Notes: generated by a model not told the origin, from the sequence alone. 64,000 bases of DNA from Mycobacteriales bacterium (GCA_035548125.1 DASZTV010000025.1:52289-116288); one strand, 5' to 3'. Counted from the stretch's first letter, positions 21,349 to 32,930 are shown. Program-made: numbers and translations.

Positions 21349-22440
21349 TCACTTCACACCGTTCGCGCGCGACTGTGCCACGAGCTGGTTGAACCGGTCG
21401 AGCGTCGTCGCGAACGCCGTGTGGCCGGCCTGGTCGATCGTCACGAAGTAGAGGTAGGGCCCGGTCGCGTGGTGCAGCACGGCCTCGATCGCCGCGACGC
21501 CCGGCGAGTTGATGGGCGTGGGAGGCAGGCCGCCGTACTTGCGGGTGTTGTAGGGCGTGTCCAGCTGCAGATCGGCGCTGGTGAGCCCGCCGTGGTTGGG
21601 TCCGAGCACGTAGTACAGCGTCGCGTCGGAATCCAGCCGCATGCCGTTGTGCAGTCGGTTGAGGAAGACTTCGGCGATCTTCGGGAAGTCCGGGGTGAGC
21701 CGACCTTCGCGCTGCACGATCGACGCGAGCGTGATCACGTCGTACTCCGACATCCCGAGGTGCTTCGCCCCGGACCCGAGGTGCACCTCCGTGGCCGCTT
21801 GCCCGAACCGGGTCACCATCGCCCGCAGCACCTCGGTCGCGGTCTCACCTGGCGTGACCTGGTAGGTCGCCGGGAACAGGAAGCCTTCGACGTGGCCGTT
21901 CGCCCAGGACGGCAGGCCGAGCGCCGTGGGGTTCTGCAGCGCCGCGCGCAACGCTGCCGCCGGGATCGGCGTGTCCGCCGCGATCCGCGCCACGATGTCT
22001 GCGCTGGTGAATCCCTCGGGGATCGGCACGGTGTAGCTGACGAGCGAAGCAGGCTTGAGCAGCAGCGAGAGCGCGAGCGACGCCTTCATGTGCTGATGCA
22101 GCTTGTAGGTGCCCGGCTGGATCCCGCGCGAAGCCGGGTTCGCGTCCGCGGCCGAGGTGAAGGCGGTATCGCTCTTCACGACGTCCGCGTCGACGAGGGT
22201 CTTGGCGATCGTCGAGGCGGTGTCCCCGGGGTGGACGACGACGATCGCCGTGCCGGACCCGTTGCCCGAGTAGTCGGCGCCACTGCCGAAGACGCCGCTG
22301 AGCACCCGCGCGACGATCACGACGATCGCCACGAGGACGACCAGCACCACGAGGATGCCGACTCCGGCAGCCCGATGGCTGGTACGCGGCTCCGGCCCCG
22401 GGTCCTCCTCCATCCCGAACAACCCCGTCACGTCCGCCAC
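21349..22440 (-). CDS. mltG: Endolytic transglycosylase MltG (YceG-like)
   Basis: N-terminal TM segment. YceG motifs ASIVQREG and YNTRKYGGLPPTPINSPG. Confidence 0.9.
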   Translation of the reverse strand: MADVTGLFGMEEDPGPEPRTSHRAAGVGILVVLVVLVAIVVIVARVLSGVFGSGADYSGNGSGTAIVVVHPGDTASTIAKTLVDADVVKSDTAFTSAADANPASRGIQPGTYKLHQHMKASLALSLLLKPASLVSYTVPIPEGFTSADIVARIAADTPIPAAALRAALQNPTALGLPSWANGHVEGFLFPATYQVTPGETATEVLRAMVTRFGQAATEVHLGSGAKHLGMSEYDVITLASIVQREGRLTPDFPKIAEVFLNRLHNGMRLDSDATLYYVLGPNHGGLTSADLQLDTPYNTRKYGGLPPTPINSPGVAAIEAVLHHATGPYLYFVTIDQAGHTAFATTLDRFNQLVAQSRANGVK

Positions 22441-22889
22441 CCCGCCCGCTCTGCGTCCAGCGCGTGCTGGAGGATCACCGTCGCCGCTGCAGCGTCGACC
22501 ATGGCTCTCCCCTCTCGCGCTCGGATCCCGGCCCGTTGCATGCCGCGAGTCGCCTCGACGGTGCTCAGCCGCTCGTCCACCAACCGAACGCTAACCGGCG
22601 CGACCCGCTCAGCAAGCAGGGCGGCGTACTCCCGGGCGAGCTGAGCGGCCTTGCCTTCGGACCCCGACAGGGAACGGGGCAGCCCGACGACGACCTCGAC
22701 CACGTCGCGGTCGGCCACCAGCTGGGCGAGCTCGCCGAGGTCTGATCCGCCCTTGGGGTCCCGGCGCAGCACGGCGACAGGGGTGGCCAGCAGCCCGTCG
22801 GGGTCGGACACCGCGACCCCCACCCGGACGCTGCCGACGTCCACGCCGATCCGGACGCCTCGTCCCACCACGGCAGCGCCGCTAGCCAA
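22428..22889 (-). CDS. ruvX: Holliday junction resolvase RuvX (YqgF)
   Basis: GVRIGVDVGSVRVGVAVSD and VVVGLPRSLSG motifs. Start is uncertain (TTG 22889, GTG 22871 or 22868). The track ORF to 23228 overlaps alaS. Confidence 0.88.
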   Translation of the reverse strand: MASGAAVVGRGVRIGVDVGSVRVGVAVSDPDGLLATPVAVLRRDPKGGSDLGELAQLVADRDVVEVVVGLPRSLSGSEGKAAQLAREYAALLAERVAPVSVRLVDERLSTVEATRGMQRAGIRAREGRAMVDAAAATVILQHALDAERAGWRT

Positions 22890-25560
22890 GACGCCCGGAG
22901 ACCTCGCCCGCCAGCGCGCCGAGGACGTCATCGAGCTTCGCGACATCGGTGCCGCCACCCTGGGCGACGTCGTCGCGACCGCCGCCGCCACCACCGAGCT
23001 GCCCGGCGACATGCTTGGCCAGGTCACCCGCGCGCAGCCCCTTGTCCCGCGCCGCGTCGTTGACCGCGAGGACGACCACGGCGCGTCCGTCCGACGCGCT
23101 CGCCGTCGCGACCACGCCGGGAGTCGTCGCGTCGAGCCGTCCGCGCACGTCGACCGCGAGCTTGCGAAGATCGTCGGCGCTCGTTCCCTCCGGCACGCGG
23201 GTCGCGACGACAGCCGCCTCCCCCACACGTACGGCGTTCGCGGCCAGCTCGGCCGCCCCTGACAGGACGGTGGCGGCGCGCACCTTCTCGAGCTCCTTTT
23301 CGAGCTCGCGGACCCGGGTGATCACGCCGTTGACGCGCTCGACCAAGTCGTCGGAGTTGACGTTGAGCAGCCCCGACAGCTGGGAGACCAACAGATGCTC
23401 GCGAGCGAGGAACGAGTAGGCGTCGGCGCCGACGAGACCCTCGACGCGTCGTTTGCCGGCGCCGATCGACGCCTCACCGAGCAGCTTCACGACGCCGAGC
23501 TGGGAGGACCGGGTGGCATGGGTGCCACCGCACAGCTCGCGGGAGTAGTCACCCACCTCGACGACCCGGACCTCGGCGCCGTACTTCTCGCCGAACATCG
23601 CGATGGCACCGATCCGCTTCGCCTCGTCCTGCGACGTGATGTACGCATGCACGTCGAGGTCGGCCAGCAGGACATCGTTCACCTCCGACTCGACGTCCGC
23701 GAGCACCGAGTCGGGGACGGCGTTAGGCGATGCGAAGTCGAAGCGGAACCGCCCGGCGTCGTTCTGGGAGCCGGCCTGGCTGGCGTGCTCACCGAGCGCA
23801 CGGCGAATCGCCTGGTGCACCAGATGCGTCGCGGTGTGGGCACGGGAAACCGCACGACGGCGATGGACATCGACGATGGCGTGCAGCGCAGCACCGAGTC
23901 TCGCCTCGCCGGACACCACCCTGCCCCGGTGCACGATCAGGTCGCCGAGCGGGCGCTGGGCGTCGTAGACCTCGACGACCGTGCCATCCGCGAGCCGCAG
24001 CAGGCCATGGTCGGCGAGCTGACCGCCTCCCTCGGCGTAGAACGGCGAGCGGTCGAGGACGACCTCGACGTCGGTGCCCTCGCCTGCCGCAGTCACCACC
24101 GCGCCGTCGGCGAGCAGCCCGGCGAGCGTGGCTTCCGCCTCGATCTCCTCGTAGCCCGTGAACCGCGTCGCACCGCCGGACTCGAGCAAACCGCGGTAGA
24201 GCGAGAGGTCCGCGTGGCCGCCGCTCTTTCGCTCGACGCTGTCGCGCTTGGCGCGCGCCTGCTGTTCGGCCATGAGCCGGCGAAACTCCGGCTCGTCGAC
24301 CGTCAGGCCTTCCTCGCGCGCCATCTCCGTGACCAGGTCGATCGGGAAACCGTGGGTGTCATGCAGCATGAATGCCGCGTCGCCGGGCACCACCGTCCCC
24401 CCGGACGCGCGGACGTCTCGGGTCAGCTTCTCGAACAGCGTCGACCCGGCGCGCAACGTGGACAGGAACTGCTCCTCTTCCTGCGCAACCACCGACTGGA
24501 TCCGCTCGGCGCTCTCCCCCAGCGCGGGGAAGGACGGGCTCAGCACACCGCAGGTCAACCCGACGAGCTCGGCCATCACCGGCCGGTCGACGCCGAGCAG
24601 CCGCAACGACCGGATGGTGCGGCGCAGCATCCGGCGCAGCACGTAGCCGCGGCCCTCGTTGCCCGGAGTCACCCCGTCGGCGACGAGCATCGTCGACGTT
24701 CGGGCGTGGTCAGCCACCACCCGAAGCCGGACGTCGGAGTCGTGCTCCGCGCCGTACCTCGTGCCCGACGTCTCGCTCGCCCAGTCGAGCATCGGCCGCA
24801 TCAGGTCGGTCTCGAAGATGTTGTCGACGCCCTGCAGCAGGACGGCCATGCGGTCGATGCCCATGCCGGTGTCGATGTTGCGCTTGGGCAGCTCTCCGAG
24901 GAGGTGGTCGACGTAGTCGTAGCCTTCGCCGTCGCCGCGGACGTACTGCATGAAGACGAGGTTCCAGACCTCGAGATAGCGCTCCTCGTCGGCGATCGGC
25001 CCACCCTCGCGCCCGAACTCCGGGCCGCGGTCGAAGTAGATCTCCGAGCACGGGCCACACGGACCGGCGACGCCCATCGACCAGAAGTTGTCCTCCCGGC
25101 CGCGACGCTGCACCCGCGTCTCGGGGACCCCCACGTCCTGGGTCCAGATCCGGTACGCCTCGTCGTCGTCGAGGTAGACCGTGGGCCACAACCGGTCCTC
25201 GGCGAACCCGAAGCCGCCATCGGCGACGCTCGTGGTCAGCAGCTCCCAGGCGAGCGGAATCGCGCCCTCCTTGAAGTAGTCGCCGAAGGAGAAGTTGCCG
25301 GCCATCTGGAAGAACGACACGTTGCGACTGTTGGTGCCGACGATGTCGATGTCACCGGTGCGCACGCACTTCTGGATGCTCGTCGCCCGCGGGTACGGCG
25401 CGGGCTCCTGCCCGAGGAAGTACGGCTTGAACGGCACCATGCCCGCATTGACGAGCAGCAGGGTCGGGTCGTCAGCGATCAACGAGGCAGACGGAACCGC
25501 GACGTGGCCCCGCTCCTCGAAGAACCGCGCGAACCGTCCGGAGATGTCGGCGGTTCTCAT
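22882..25560 (-). CDS. alaS: Alanine--tRNA ligase
   Basis: 892 aa. The N-terminus MRTADISGRFARFFEERGH..., FFQMAGNFSFGDYFK, and the editing-domain HTATHL and CGGTH motifs. Confidence 0.97.
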   Translation of the reverse strand: MRTADISGRFARFFEERGHVAVPSASLIADDPTLLLVNAGMVPFKPYFLGQEPAPYPRATSIQKCVRTGDIDIVGTNSRNVSFFQMAGNFSFGDYFKEGAIPLAWELLTTSVADGGFGFAEDRLWPTVYLDDDEAYRIWTQDVGVPETRVQRRGREDNFWSMGVAGPCGPCSEIYFDRGPEFGREGGPIADEERYLEVWNLVFMQYVRGDGEGYDYVDHLLGELPKRNIDTGMGIDRMAVLLQGVDNIFETDLMRPMLDWASETSGTRYGAEHDSDVRLRVVADHARTSTMLVADGVTPGNEGRGYVLRRMLRRTIRSLRLLGVDRPVMAELVGLTCGVLSPSFPALGESAERIQSVVAQEEEQFLSTLRAGSTLFEKLTRDVRASGGTVVPGDAAFMLHDTHGFPIDLVTEMAREEGLTVDEPEFRRLMAEQQARAKRDSVERKSGGHADLSLYRGLLESGGATRFTGYEEIEAEATLAGLLADGAVVTAAGEGTDVEVVLDRSPFYAEGGGQLADHGLLRLADGTVVEVYDAQRPLGDLIVHRGRVVSGEARLGAALHAIVDVHRRRAVSRAHTATHLVHQAIRRALGEHASQAGSQNDAGRFRFDFASPNAVPDSVLADVESEVNDVLLADLDVHAYITSQDEAKRIGAIAMFGEKYGAEVRVVEVGDYSRELCGGTHATRSSQLGVVKLLGEASIGAGKRRVEGLVGADAYSFLAREHLLVSQLSGLLNVNSDDLVERVNGVITRVRELEKELEKVRAATVLSGAAELAANAVRVGEAAVVATRVPEGTSADDLRKLAVDVRGRLDATTPGVVATASASDGRAVVVLAVNDAARDKGLRAGDLAKHVAGQLGGGGGGRDDVAQGGGTDVAKLDDVLGALAGEVSGRLG

Positions 25561-25805
25561 GCGGCAGAGGACCCCTGGTGGTCATCGATCCCGGTCCCGT
25601 CGAGACCGAGGGCCTCGCGGAGCTCGGCTTCGCGCACCGCCGCCATGTCCTGGACGATCTGCCACCACTCCGCGATCCGCCCGCCGACACCGCCCGCCTG
25701 CTGCGCCATCCCCGCGGGGGTGAAGCGCTGCGCCGCCTGGCTCACCTTGCGAACCGCGAGGACACCGACCGCCGCGCCCGCGGCGACATAGAACAACCGC
25801 TTCAT
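25557..25805 (-). CDS. Small membrane-anchored protein of unknown function (possibly DUF6167-like)
   Basis: 82 aa, one N-terminal TM segment, high GC3, ATGA-type coupling to alaS. The family name is from memory only. Confidence 0.6.
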   Translation of the reverse strand: MKRLFYVAAGAAVGVLAVRKVSQAAQRFTPAGMAQQAGGVGGRIAEWWQIVQDMAAVREAELREALGLDGTGIDDHQGSSAA

Positions 25806-26251
25806 CAGCCGGCCTTCCGCTCCGCCTTGCGCGCCGCACGCTGGAGCTTCATCTCGCGCTTCACCGCATCGCGCACATCCGCCTCGTCGCGCTGCTTCAT
25901 CGCCCGGCGCACGCCATAGGAGAACGCCGCCACCTTGATCATCGGCGACCCGAGCGTCGCGGAGAACAGCGACGTCATGGCCCGCGCGTTGGTGGAGATC
26001 TCCTCGACGTTGGAGGCGATCGCGTCCACGCGGGTGAGCTCAGCGTTGACCTGGACCACGGAGGTCGTCACCTCGCCGAGCAGCGGCACGGTCTGGTCGG
26101 CGACGCCGGACACCAGCTTGGCCGCCTCCCCGATGACCTTGCCGAGCTTGACGAGGACGTACGCCAGGAAGCAGACCAGCACGCCCCAGAAGACAGCGAC
26201 GATCAGCCCTGCGACCTCGCCGCCGGACAGCCCGCTCGCCTGGATCACCAT
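25805..26251 (-). CDS. DUF948-like membrane protein
   Basis: 148 aa with an N-terminal TM segment followed by a long helical region (EAAKLVSGVADQTVPLLGEVTTSVVQVNAELTRVD). Its position next to alaS and rarA matches other actinomycetes. Confidence 0.6.
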   Translation of the reverse strand: MVIQASGLSGGEVAGLIVAVFWGVLVCFLAYVLVKLGKVIGEAAKLVSGVADQTVPLLGEVTTSVVQVNAELTRVDAIASNVEEISTNARAMTSLFSATLGSPMIKVAAFSYGVRRAMKQRDEADVRDAVKREMKLQRAARKAERKAG

Positions 26252-26263
26252 TCGGCCCGCTCC

Positions 26264-27625
26264 CTAGCTCTCCTCCGGCGGCTGGGGATCGCCGCCGGTT
26301 TTGCGCCCGCGTACGACGTCACGCAGCGTCGCCAGCCGCGCTGCAGCGGCTCGCTCGGCCCCGTTGTCGGACGGGTGGTAGTACTCCCGGTCGGCTACCT
26401 CCTCCGGCAGGTAGTCCTGCCGGACCAGACCGCCCGGAAAGTCATGAGGGTATCGGTAGCCGCCGCCGTGCCGGAGGCGTTTGGCTCCCGGGTAGTGGGA
26501 GTCCCGCAGCGGCGCAGGCACCGCGCCGGCCCGCCCGTTGCGCACATCCTCGCCGGCGGCGGCGATCGCCGCCGTGACCGCGTTGCTCTTCGGCGCCAGG
26601 GCGAGGTAGATGACCGCTTGCGCCAGGTTGAGCTTTGCCTCGGGCAGTCCGACCAGTTCCAGCGCGTGGGCCGCAGCCACTGCGACGCCGAGCGCATCCG
26701 GCTGAGCGAGCCCGACGTCCTCGCTCGCGAGAATGACCATCCGCCGAGCGATGAAGCGCGGATCCTCCCCAGCCTCGATCATCCGAGCGAGGTAGTGCAA
26801 CGCCGCGTCCACGTCGCTTCCCCGAATGCTCTTGATGAACGCGCTGACCACGTCGTAGTGCTGATCGCCCTCCCGGTCGTAGCGAAGGGCGGCGCGATCC
26901 ATCGTCTGCTCGAGGGTCGGCAGCTCGATGGTCGTGCCCCCGAGCGCCAGAGTGGCGTTCCCTGCGGCTTCGAGCGCCGTGAGCGCGCGTCTGGCGTCGC
27001 CGGAAGCCATCGCGAGCAGGTGGTCCAGTGCGTCATCGGCGAGACCCAGCGCGCCGTCGAGCCCGCGCGGGTCAGTGAGCGCCCGACGTACCAAGGTGGT
27101 GATCGCCTCGTCGTCGAGCGCTCGCAGCGTCAGCATCAACGACCGGGACAACAGCGGTGAGATCACCGAGAAGAACGGGTTCTCGGTGGTGGCGCCCACG
27201 AACGTCACGAGACCCGACTCCACGCCGGGCAGCAGCGCGTCCTGCTGCGACTTGGTGAAGCGGTGAACCTCGTCGACGAACAGCACCGTCCGCTCGCCCC
27301 CCATCGCGAGCCTGTCCTTCGCCGCATCGATGGCGGCGCGGACGTCCTTCACGCCGGCCGTGACCGCGGAGAGCTCCACGAAACGGCGACCCGTCGACAG
27401 CAGCCGCGCGAGAGTGGTCTTGCCCGTGCCCGGCGGTCCCCACAGGAGCACGCTGGTCGCCGTCCCACCCTCGACCAGCTGTCGCATCGGTGAGCCGGGG
27501 CCGAGCAGATGATCCTGGCCGACCACTTCGTCGAGTGTCCGGGGACGCATCCGCGCGGCGAGCGGCGCGACGGAGCCCAGCGCGCTCTCCGCCGCGTCGC
27601 TGAACAGGTCATCCGCCCCGCCCAC
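26264..27625 (-). CDS. rarA: Replication-associated recombination protein A (AAA+ ATPase)
   Basis: GTG at 27625, just after the aspS stop. [16 protein letters not shown], Walker [10 protein letters not shown], Walker [10 protein letters not shown]. The track ORF to 28345 overlaps aspS. Confidence 0.92.
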   Translation of the reverse strand: MGGADDLFSDAAESALGSVAPLAARMRPRTLDEVVGQDHLLGPGSPMRQLVEGGTATSVLLWGPPGTGKTTLARLLSTGRRFVELSAVTAGVKDVRAAIDAAKDRLAMGGERTVLFVDEVHRFTKSQQDALLPGVESGLVTFVGATTENPFFSVISPLLSRSLMLTLRALDDEAITTLVRRALTDPRGLDGALGLADDALDHLLAMASGDARRALTALEAAGNATLALGGTTIELPTLEQTMDRAALRYDREGDQHYDVVSAFIKSIRGSDVDAALHYLARMIEAGEDPRFIARRMVILASEDVGLAQPDALGVAVAAAHALELVGLPEAKLNLAQAVIYLALAPKSNAVTAAIAAAGEDVRNGRAGAVPAPLRDSHYPGAKRLRHGGGYRYPHDFPGGLVRQDYLPEEVADREYYHPSDNGAERAAAARLATLRDVVRGRKTGGDPQPPEES

Positions 27626-27629
27626 GTCG

Positions 27630-29405
27630 TTAGGCGTCCTTCGAGACAGTGTCGGTCGCGATCGGCTCCTCGGCGAGCACGACGTCGATGCCGGCCTCCT
27701 TGCGCTGCTCGGCGGTGATCGGCGTCGGTGCGCCGGTGAGTGGATCGCCACCGCTGGAGGCCTTCGGGAACGCCATGGTCTCGCGGATCGCGTCCGTGCC
27801 GACCAGCTCGGCCGCCAGCCGGTCGATGCCGAAGGCGATCCCGCCGTGCGGCGGCGGGCCGTACTTGAACGCCTCGAGCAGGAAGCCGAACTTGCTCTGG
27901 GCCTCCTCACGGGTGAGGCCGATGGTGTCGAACACCCGCTCCTGCATCTCGCCGCGATGGATCCTGATCGACCCGCCGCCGAGCTCGACCCCGTTGCCCA
28001 CCACGTCGTACGCCCGCGCGAGCGCGTGCTCGGGGTCCTCGTGGAAGCGGTCTGCCCACTCGAGAGTGGGTCCGGTGAAGGGGTGGTGCACCGCCGTCCA
28101 CGACCCGTCGTCCGTCGCCTCGAACATCGGTGCGTCGATGATCCAGAGGAAGCGCCACTCGTCCTCGCGCAGCAGTCCCTGCTGGCCAGCCACCGCCAGC
28201 CGCAGCGCACCGAGCAACTCGAGCGTCGTGCGCCGCGGGCCGGCCGCGAACAGGATCGCGTCGCCCGCGGTCGCTCCCGCGGCGGCAGGCAGCGCTTCGA
28301 GCCGCTCGGGCTCCAGCTTGCTGATGGAGCCCTTCGGCTCGCCATCCTCCGGGATCAGCAGCCACGCGATGCCCTTGCCACCGCGGGCGCGTGCCCACTC
28401 CTGCCACTCGTCGAGCTCACGCCGGCTGTACGACGCGCCGCCCGGCACGACGACCGCACCGACGTGTTCTGCCTGGAAGACCCGGAACTCGGTGCCCGCC
28501 ATCAGCTCGGTGACATCGACGAGCTCGAGATCACAGCGCAGGTCCGGCTTGTCCGAGCCGTACCGCCGCATCGCCTCGGCATAGGTCATGCGCATGAACG
28601 GGGTGGGCAGGTCGACGTCGAGGATCTCCCGCCACAGTGTCGAGAGCAGCTCCTCGGTCAACGCGAAGATGTCCTCCTCGTCGAGGAACGACATCTCGAT
28701 GTCGAGCTGGGTGAACTCCGCCGTGCGGTCTGCCCGGAAGTCCTCGTCACGGAAGCAGCGCGCGATCTGGTAGTAGCGCTCGAGCCCGCCCACCATGAGC
28801 AGCTGCTTGAACAGCTGGGGCGACTGCGGCAATGCGTACCAGTGCCCCGGCTGCAGCCGGACCGGCACCAGGAAGTCGCGCGCCCCCTCAGGGGTCGAGC
28901 GGGTGAGGTACGGCGTTTCGACGTCGACGAAGTCGTGCGTCTCCATGATCCGGCGGATGATCGAGATGATCTTGGCCCGGGTGCGGATCGCCCGCGCGGG
29001 TCCGGTTCGGCGCAGGTCGAGGTAGCGGTGCCGCCACCGCAGCGTCTCGTCCACGCCTGAGTCGATGTCCTCGGCGCCGTCGATGGGGAACGGCACCGGC
29101 TCCGAGGAGCTCAGCACCTCGACGGCGCCCGCGACCACCTCGACCTCGCCGGTCGCGAGCCCCGGGTTCACGTTGCCCTCGCCGCGAGCGACCACCGCCC
29201 CCTCCACCCGGATGCACCACTCGCTGCGCAGCGCCTGCGCCTCCGCGATCTCGCGGCAGACGACCTGAACGATGCCGCTCGCGTCGCGAAGGTCGAGGAA
29301 CGTCACGCCACCGTGGTCCCGGCGCCGGGCGACCCACCCGGCGAGGACCACCTGCGTGCCGACGTCGGTGCTGCGGAGCGTCCCGGCCTGGTGCGTCCGG
29401 ATCAC
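27630..29405 (-). CDS. aspS: Aspartate--tRNA ligase
   Basis: 591 aa. The N-terminal OB-fold region, [10 protein letters not shown] (class II motif 2) and GGGSIRIH (motif 3 region). Confidence 0.96.
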   Translation of the reverse strand: MIRTHQAGTLRSTDVGTQVVLAGWVARRRDHGGVTFLDLRDASGIVQVVCREIAEAQALRSEWCIRVEGAVVARGEGNVNPGLATGEVEVVAGAVEVLSSSEPVPFPIDGAEDIDSGVDETLRWRHRYLDLRRTGPARAIRTRAKIISIIRRIMETHDFVDVETPYLTRSTPEGARDFLVPVRLQPGHWYALPQSPQLFKQLLMVGGLERYYQIARCFRDEDFRADRTAEFTQLDIEMSFLDEEDIFALTEELLSTLWREILDVDLPTPFMRMTYAEAMRRYGSDKPDLRCDLELVDVTELMAGTEFRVFQAEHVGAVVVPGGASYSRRELDEWQEWARARGGKGIAWLLIPEDGEPKGSISKLEPERLEALPAAAGATAGDAILFAAGPRRTTLELLGALRLAVAGQQGLLREDEWRFLWIIDAPMFEATDDGSWTAVHHPFTGPTLEWADRFHEDPEHALARAYDVVGNGVELGGGSIRIHRGEMQERVFDTIGLTREEAQSKFGFLLEAFKYGPPPHGGIAFGIDRLAAELVGTDAIRETMAFPKASSGGDPLTGAPTPITAEQRKEAGIDVVLAEEPIATDTVSKDA

Positions 29406-30742
29406 TGCGCTCCTCCTGTGATGGTCGGCCGGAGATCGGCGTCGGGCGGCGTCCAGCTGGCCGGGTCCGCATCGAGCTGCTCTCCGGAGCGGATGTCACG
29501 CACCTGGGAGGACCCGTCCGGCTGCGGGAACCAGACAAACGGAATGCCCCGCCGTTCGGCGTACTTGATCTGCTTTCCGTACTTCTCCGGCTCCGGCGCA
29601 ACCTGCGACGCGATGCCTCGAGCGCGCAACTGCTGCGCGATCTCGGCGCACGCCTCACGCGAGGCGTCGTCGGGGAGAGCAACCAGCACACAGGTCGGCA
29701 CCTTGCGACTGATGTCGAGCAGCCCTTGGCCGAACAGCCGCCCGAGCAGCCGCGTGACACCTACCGACAGACCGACACCGGGATAGCTCACCTGACCGTC
29801 CGAGGCGAGGGCGTCGTAGCGCCCTCCGGAGCAGATCGACCCGATGCCTTCGTGCCCGACCAGCACCGTCTCGTAGACCGTCCCGGTGTAGTAGTCCAAA
29901 CCGCGGGCGATGCTCAGGTCCGCGACGAACAGCGCGTCGTCATGCGCCCGTCCCGCCTCCACCACGCGGGTCAGCTCCTCAAGGCCCTCATCGAGCAGCG
30001 GGTCGTGGGAGCCCAGCGCTCGGACTCGATCGGCGAACGCGGCGTCCGGCGTGGAGATCTCGGCCAGCGCCAAGCATGCGGCGGCCTGCGCGTCGGTGCA
30101 CCCGGCCACGTCGGTGAGTAGCGTGCGCACCTTGTCCGGCCCGATCTTCGCGAGCTTGTCGACCGTGCGCAGCACGGTCATGTAGTCCGCCACACCGATG
30201 CCTCGGTAGAACCCTTCGGGGATCTTGCGCGTGTTGACGTGGATCCGCACCGGCGGCACCGGAAGCCGCCGCAGCGCGTCCGCGACGACGAGCGGCAGCT
30301 CCACCTCGTAGTGGAACGGCAGCGCATCGCGATCGACGACGTCGATGTCGGCCTGAAGGAACTCGCGGTACCGGCCTTCCTGCGGTCGCTCGCCGCGCCA
30401 TGCCTTCTGGATCTGATAGCGCCGCAGCGGGAAGTCGAGCTTCCCGGCGTTCTCCAGCACGTAGCGAGCGAACGGCACGGTCAGGTCGAAGTGCAGGCCG
30501 ATGCCGGCATCCCCGTCGTCCGCGTCCGCCTGCAGGCGGCGCAGCACGTAGATCTCCTTGTCGGTCTCGCCCTTGCGAAGCAGCTGGTCGAGCGGCTCGA
30601 CCGACCGCGTCTCGATCGGCGCGAAGCCGTGCAGCTCGAACGTCGCCCGCAACGAGTCGACGAACTGCTGCTCGATCATCCGCTGCGGGGGCAGCCACTC
30701 GGGGAACCCCGACATCGGGGCGGGTTTGGCCATGAAGGTCAC
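29402..30742 (-). CDS. hisS: Histidine--tRNA ligase
   Basis: Class II aaRS pattern ([34 protein letters not shown]). The position aspS...hisS-MBL-ppi-rel matches the M. tuberculosis order. Start could be the internal ATG 9 nt downstream. Confidence 0.85.
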   Translation of the reverse strand: MTFMAKPAPMSGFPEWLPPQRMIEQQFVDSLRATFELHGFAPIETRSVEPLDQLLRKGETDKEIYVLRRLQADADDGDAGIGLHFDLTVPFARYVLENAGKLDFPLRRYQIQKAWRGERPQEGRYREFLQADIDVVDRDALPFHYEVELPLVVADALRRLPVPPVRIHVNTRKIPEGFYRGIGVADYMTVLRTVDKLAKIGPDKVRTLLTDVAGCTDAQAAACLALAEISTPDAAFADRVRALGSHDPLLDEGLEELTRVVEAGRAHDDALFVADLSIARGLDYYTGTVYETVLVGHEGIGSICSGGRYDALASDGQVSYPGVGLSVGVTRLLGRLFGQGLLDISRKVPTCVLVALPDDASREACAEIAQQLRARGIASQVAPEPEKYGKQIKYAERRGIPFVWFPQPDGSSQVRDIRSGEQLDADPASWTPPDADLRPTITGGAQ

Positions 30743-31431
30743 AGCCCCCGAGTGACGGGCGGCAATGAGGCCGCGTTGGCCTGCTGGATCTCGACGAGGA
30801 ACGGGTTCATCGCCCGCTCCCGGCCGATCGTGGTCTCGGGACCGTGCCCCGGACGTACGACGATCTCATCGGCTAACCGCAGCGGGATCCGCTCGAGCGA
30901 CTCGAGGATCTTCTGGTAGGACCCACCGGGCAGGTCGGTCCGGCCGATCGACCCGGCGAACAGCAGGTCTCCGGAGAAGAAGTCCTCACCCGCACTGAAG
31001 GTCACGGAGCCCTCGGTGTGCCCGGGGGCCCAGTCGACGGCGAGCTCGAGGCCGGCGAGGGACAGCGTCTCGCCGTCCGCCAGCTCCCGGACGTCGCTCG
31101 GCTCGGCGAACTCCAGCCGGCCGAAGATCGGCGTGCCGGGCGGGATGCCGAGCCCGCCGCTCGGATCGGTCAGCATCGGTCGGTCCGCCGGATGGATCAG
31201 GGCCGGGATGTCCTTGGCCCCGCAGACCGGCGTGACCGAGAACATGTGGTCGAGGTGCCCGTGCGTGAGCAGGACCGCCACGGGAGCCAGCCGGTGCTCG
31301 GCCAGGACCTCCTCGAGCTGTCCTTCGGCGTCGACCCCCGGATCGATCACGACACACTGCTCGCCGGGCGCGGGCGCGACCACCCAGCAGTTGGTCTCGA
31401 AGGGTCCGGCAGGGAAGCCGACGACGAGCAC
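30739..31431 (-). CDS. MBL-fold metallo-hydrolase (glyoxalase II-like)
   Basis: LLTHGHLDHM metal motif; 230 aa. Neighbour of hisS as in mycobacteria. Confidence 0.88.
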   Translation of the reverse strand: MLVVGFPAGPFETNCWVVAPAPGEQCVVIDPGVDAEGQLEEVLAEHRLAPVAVLLTHGHLDHMFSVTPVCGAKDIPALIHPADRPMLTDPSGGLGIPPGTPIFGRLEFAEPSDVRELADGETLSLAGLELAVDWAPGHTEGSVTFSAGEDFFSGDLLFAGSIGRTDLPGGSYQKILESLERIPLRLADEIVVRPGHGPETTIGRERAMNPFLVEIQQANAASLPPVTRGL

Positions 31432-31512
31432 GAAGTTCCTTTCAGCAGGCTTTCAGTTCAGCCTAGTGGGCGGCCTCGTAGACTCCCGAGTCGTTTGCCG
31501 CACCTGACCGAC

Positions 31513-32202
31513 GTGGACACCCGGAGGGATCCCTTGGCGACCAGCCGACGTCGTGAGCGTGAGCTCGCCCGCCGCCGCTACGAGCGCCGCCGCCAGGCAG
31601 AGATCGAGCGTCGCGCCCGCGCCAAGCGCCGCAACACCATCGTCGGCGCCGTCAGCGGCACCGCGGTCGTGATCGCGGTACTGCTGATCCTCACCTTCAC
31701 CGTGTTCACCGGCGGCGGATCGAACAACAAGTCGACCAAGGCCGGCGCCACCCCATCGGCCAGCGCGTCGCCGAGCGACCCGGCTCCGCCCGCCAAGTGC
31801 GCCGCCATCAAGCCCAACCCGCCGGCGAAGGGCGAGCCGTTCATCCCGGCACCCAAGCCGGCCAGCACCCTGGTCAAGAAGGACATCAAGGTCGGTCACG
31901 GCCCAGCAGCCAAGAACGGCAGCAAGGTCAGCGTGAAGTACGTCGGCATCAGCTGCTCCACCGGCAAGGTGTTCGACGCGTCCTACACCGATGGGGCCAA
32001 GAACCAAGAGCTGCCGGCGTTCCCGCTCGGAGAGCACCAGGTCATCGACGGCTGGGACCAGGGCCTGGTCGGCATGAAGACCGGCGGGGTACGCGAGCTG
32101 GTCATCCCGCCGTCGCTCGGCTACGGCGCCGCAGGGTCCGGCAGCACGATCAAGCCCAACGAGTGGCTGGTGTTCGTCGTCACGATGGACAAGATCGCGT
32201 GA
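31513..32202 (+). CDS. FKBP-type peptidyl-prolyl cis-trans isomerase, membrane-anchored
   Basis: A basic N-terminus (RRRERELARRRYERRRQ), one TM segment, then an FKBP core (VSVKYVGISCSTGKVFDASY...VIDGWDQGLVGMKTGGVRELVIPPSLGYG). Start is GTG 31513 or a TTG shortly downstream. Confidence 0.88.
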   Translation: MDTRRDPLATSRRRERELARRRYERRRQAEIERRARAKRRNTIVGAVSGTAVVIAVLLILTFTVFTGGGSNNKSTKAGATPSASASPSDPAPPAKCAAIKPNPPAKGEPFIPAPKPASTLVKKDIKVGHGPAAKNGSKVSVKYVGISCSTGKVFDASYTDGAKNQELPAFPLGEHQVIDGWDQGLVGMKTGGVRELVIPPSLGYGAAGSGSTIKPNEWLVFVVTMDKIA

Positions 32203-32930
32203 GGCGCACCGGCACGGTCGTCACGGCCATCGCCCTCGCGGCGTTCGCCGCAGCCTGCGGCTCATCGAGCAGCGGCGGCAACGCAACCGTGAACCAGCCG
32301 CAGTCGACCAGCACGCCCTCACCCACAGCGGCCGCGAAGAACGCCAACGGCTGCACACCGCCACCCGCGCTGCAGCAGAGCCCGCAGTCGTTCGGCGCCG
32401 AGCCGAAGCTGACGATCGCGCCGACGACCTACGTTGCGACGATCGTGACCAACTGCGGCACCATCACGGTCGCGCTCGACGGCAAGCACGCGCCGCACAC
32501 CGTCAACTCGTTCGCCTTCCTGGCGGGCAAGGGCTACTTCGACGACACGCCCTGTCACCGGCTGACCAGCTCGGGGATCTACGTGCTCCAGTGCGGCGAC
32601 CCGACGGGGACCGGCTCCGGCGGGCCCGGCTATGAGTTCAAGGACGAGTACCTCGGCGACAAGGATCTCGGGAAACCCGACCCGACAGGCGCGGTCAACT
32701 ACTTCGCCGGCATCGTCGCGATGGCGAACGCCGGGCCGGGCACGAACGGCAGCCAGTTCTTCCTCGTGTACCGGGACTCGCCGCTGCCGCCGAGCTACAC
32801 GCCGTTCGGGCGGGTCACCAAGGGTCTGGACGTGGTGAAGCGCATCGCTGCGGCCGGTAGCAACCCGCCCGGCGACGGCGCCCCGACGCAGCCGGTCGTG
32901 ATCGAGTCCTTCACCGTCACCAAGGGCTGA
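32199..32930 (+). CDS. Cyclophilin-type peptidyl-prolyl isomerase lipoprotein
   Basis: GTGA overlap with the FKBP gene. Lipobox AAAC. Cyclophilin motifs HRLTSSGIYVLQCGDP and GIVAMANAGPGTNGSQFF. Confidence 0.9.
   Translation: MRRTGTVVTAIALAAFAAACGSSSSGGNATVNQPQSTSTPSPTAAAKNANGCTPPPALQQSPQSFGAEPKLTIAPTTYVATIVTNCGTITVALDGKHAPHTVNSFAFLAGKGYFDDTPCHRLTSSGIYVLQCGDPTGTGSGGPGYEFKDEYLGDKDLGKPDPTGAVNYFAGIVAMANAGPGTNGSQFFLVYRDSPLPPSYTPFGRVTKGLDVVKRIAAAGSNPPGDGAPTQPVVIESFTVTKG

Noticed and set aside
23395-25791. 798-aa plus-strand ORF opposite alaS
   Set aside because: Same reasoning. alaS on the minus strand carries canonical AlaRS motifs, and the antisense frame has no recognisable domain.
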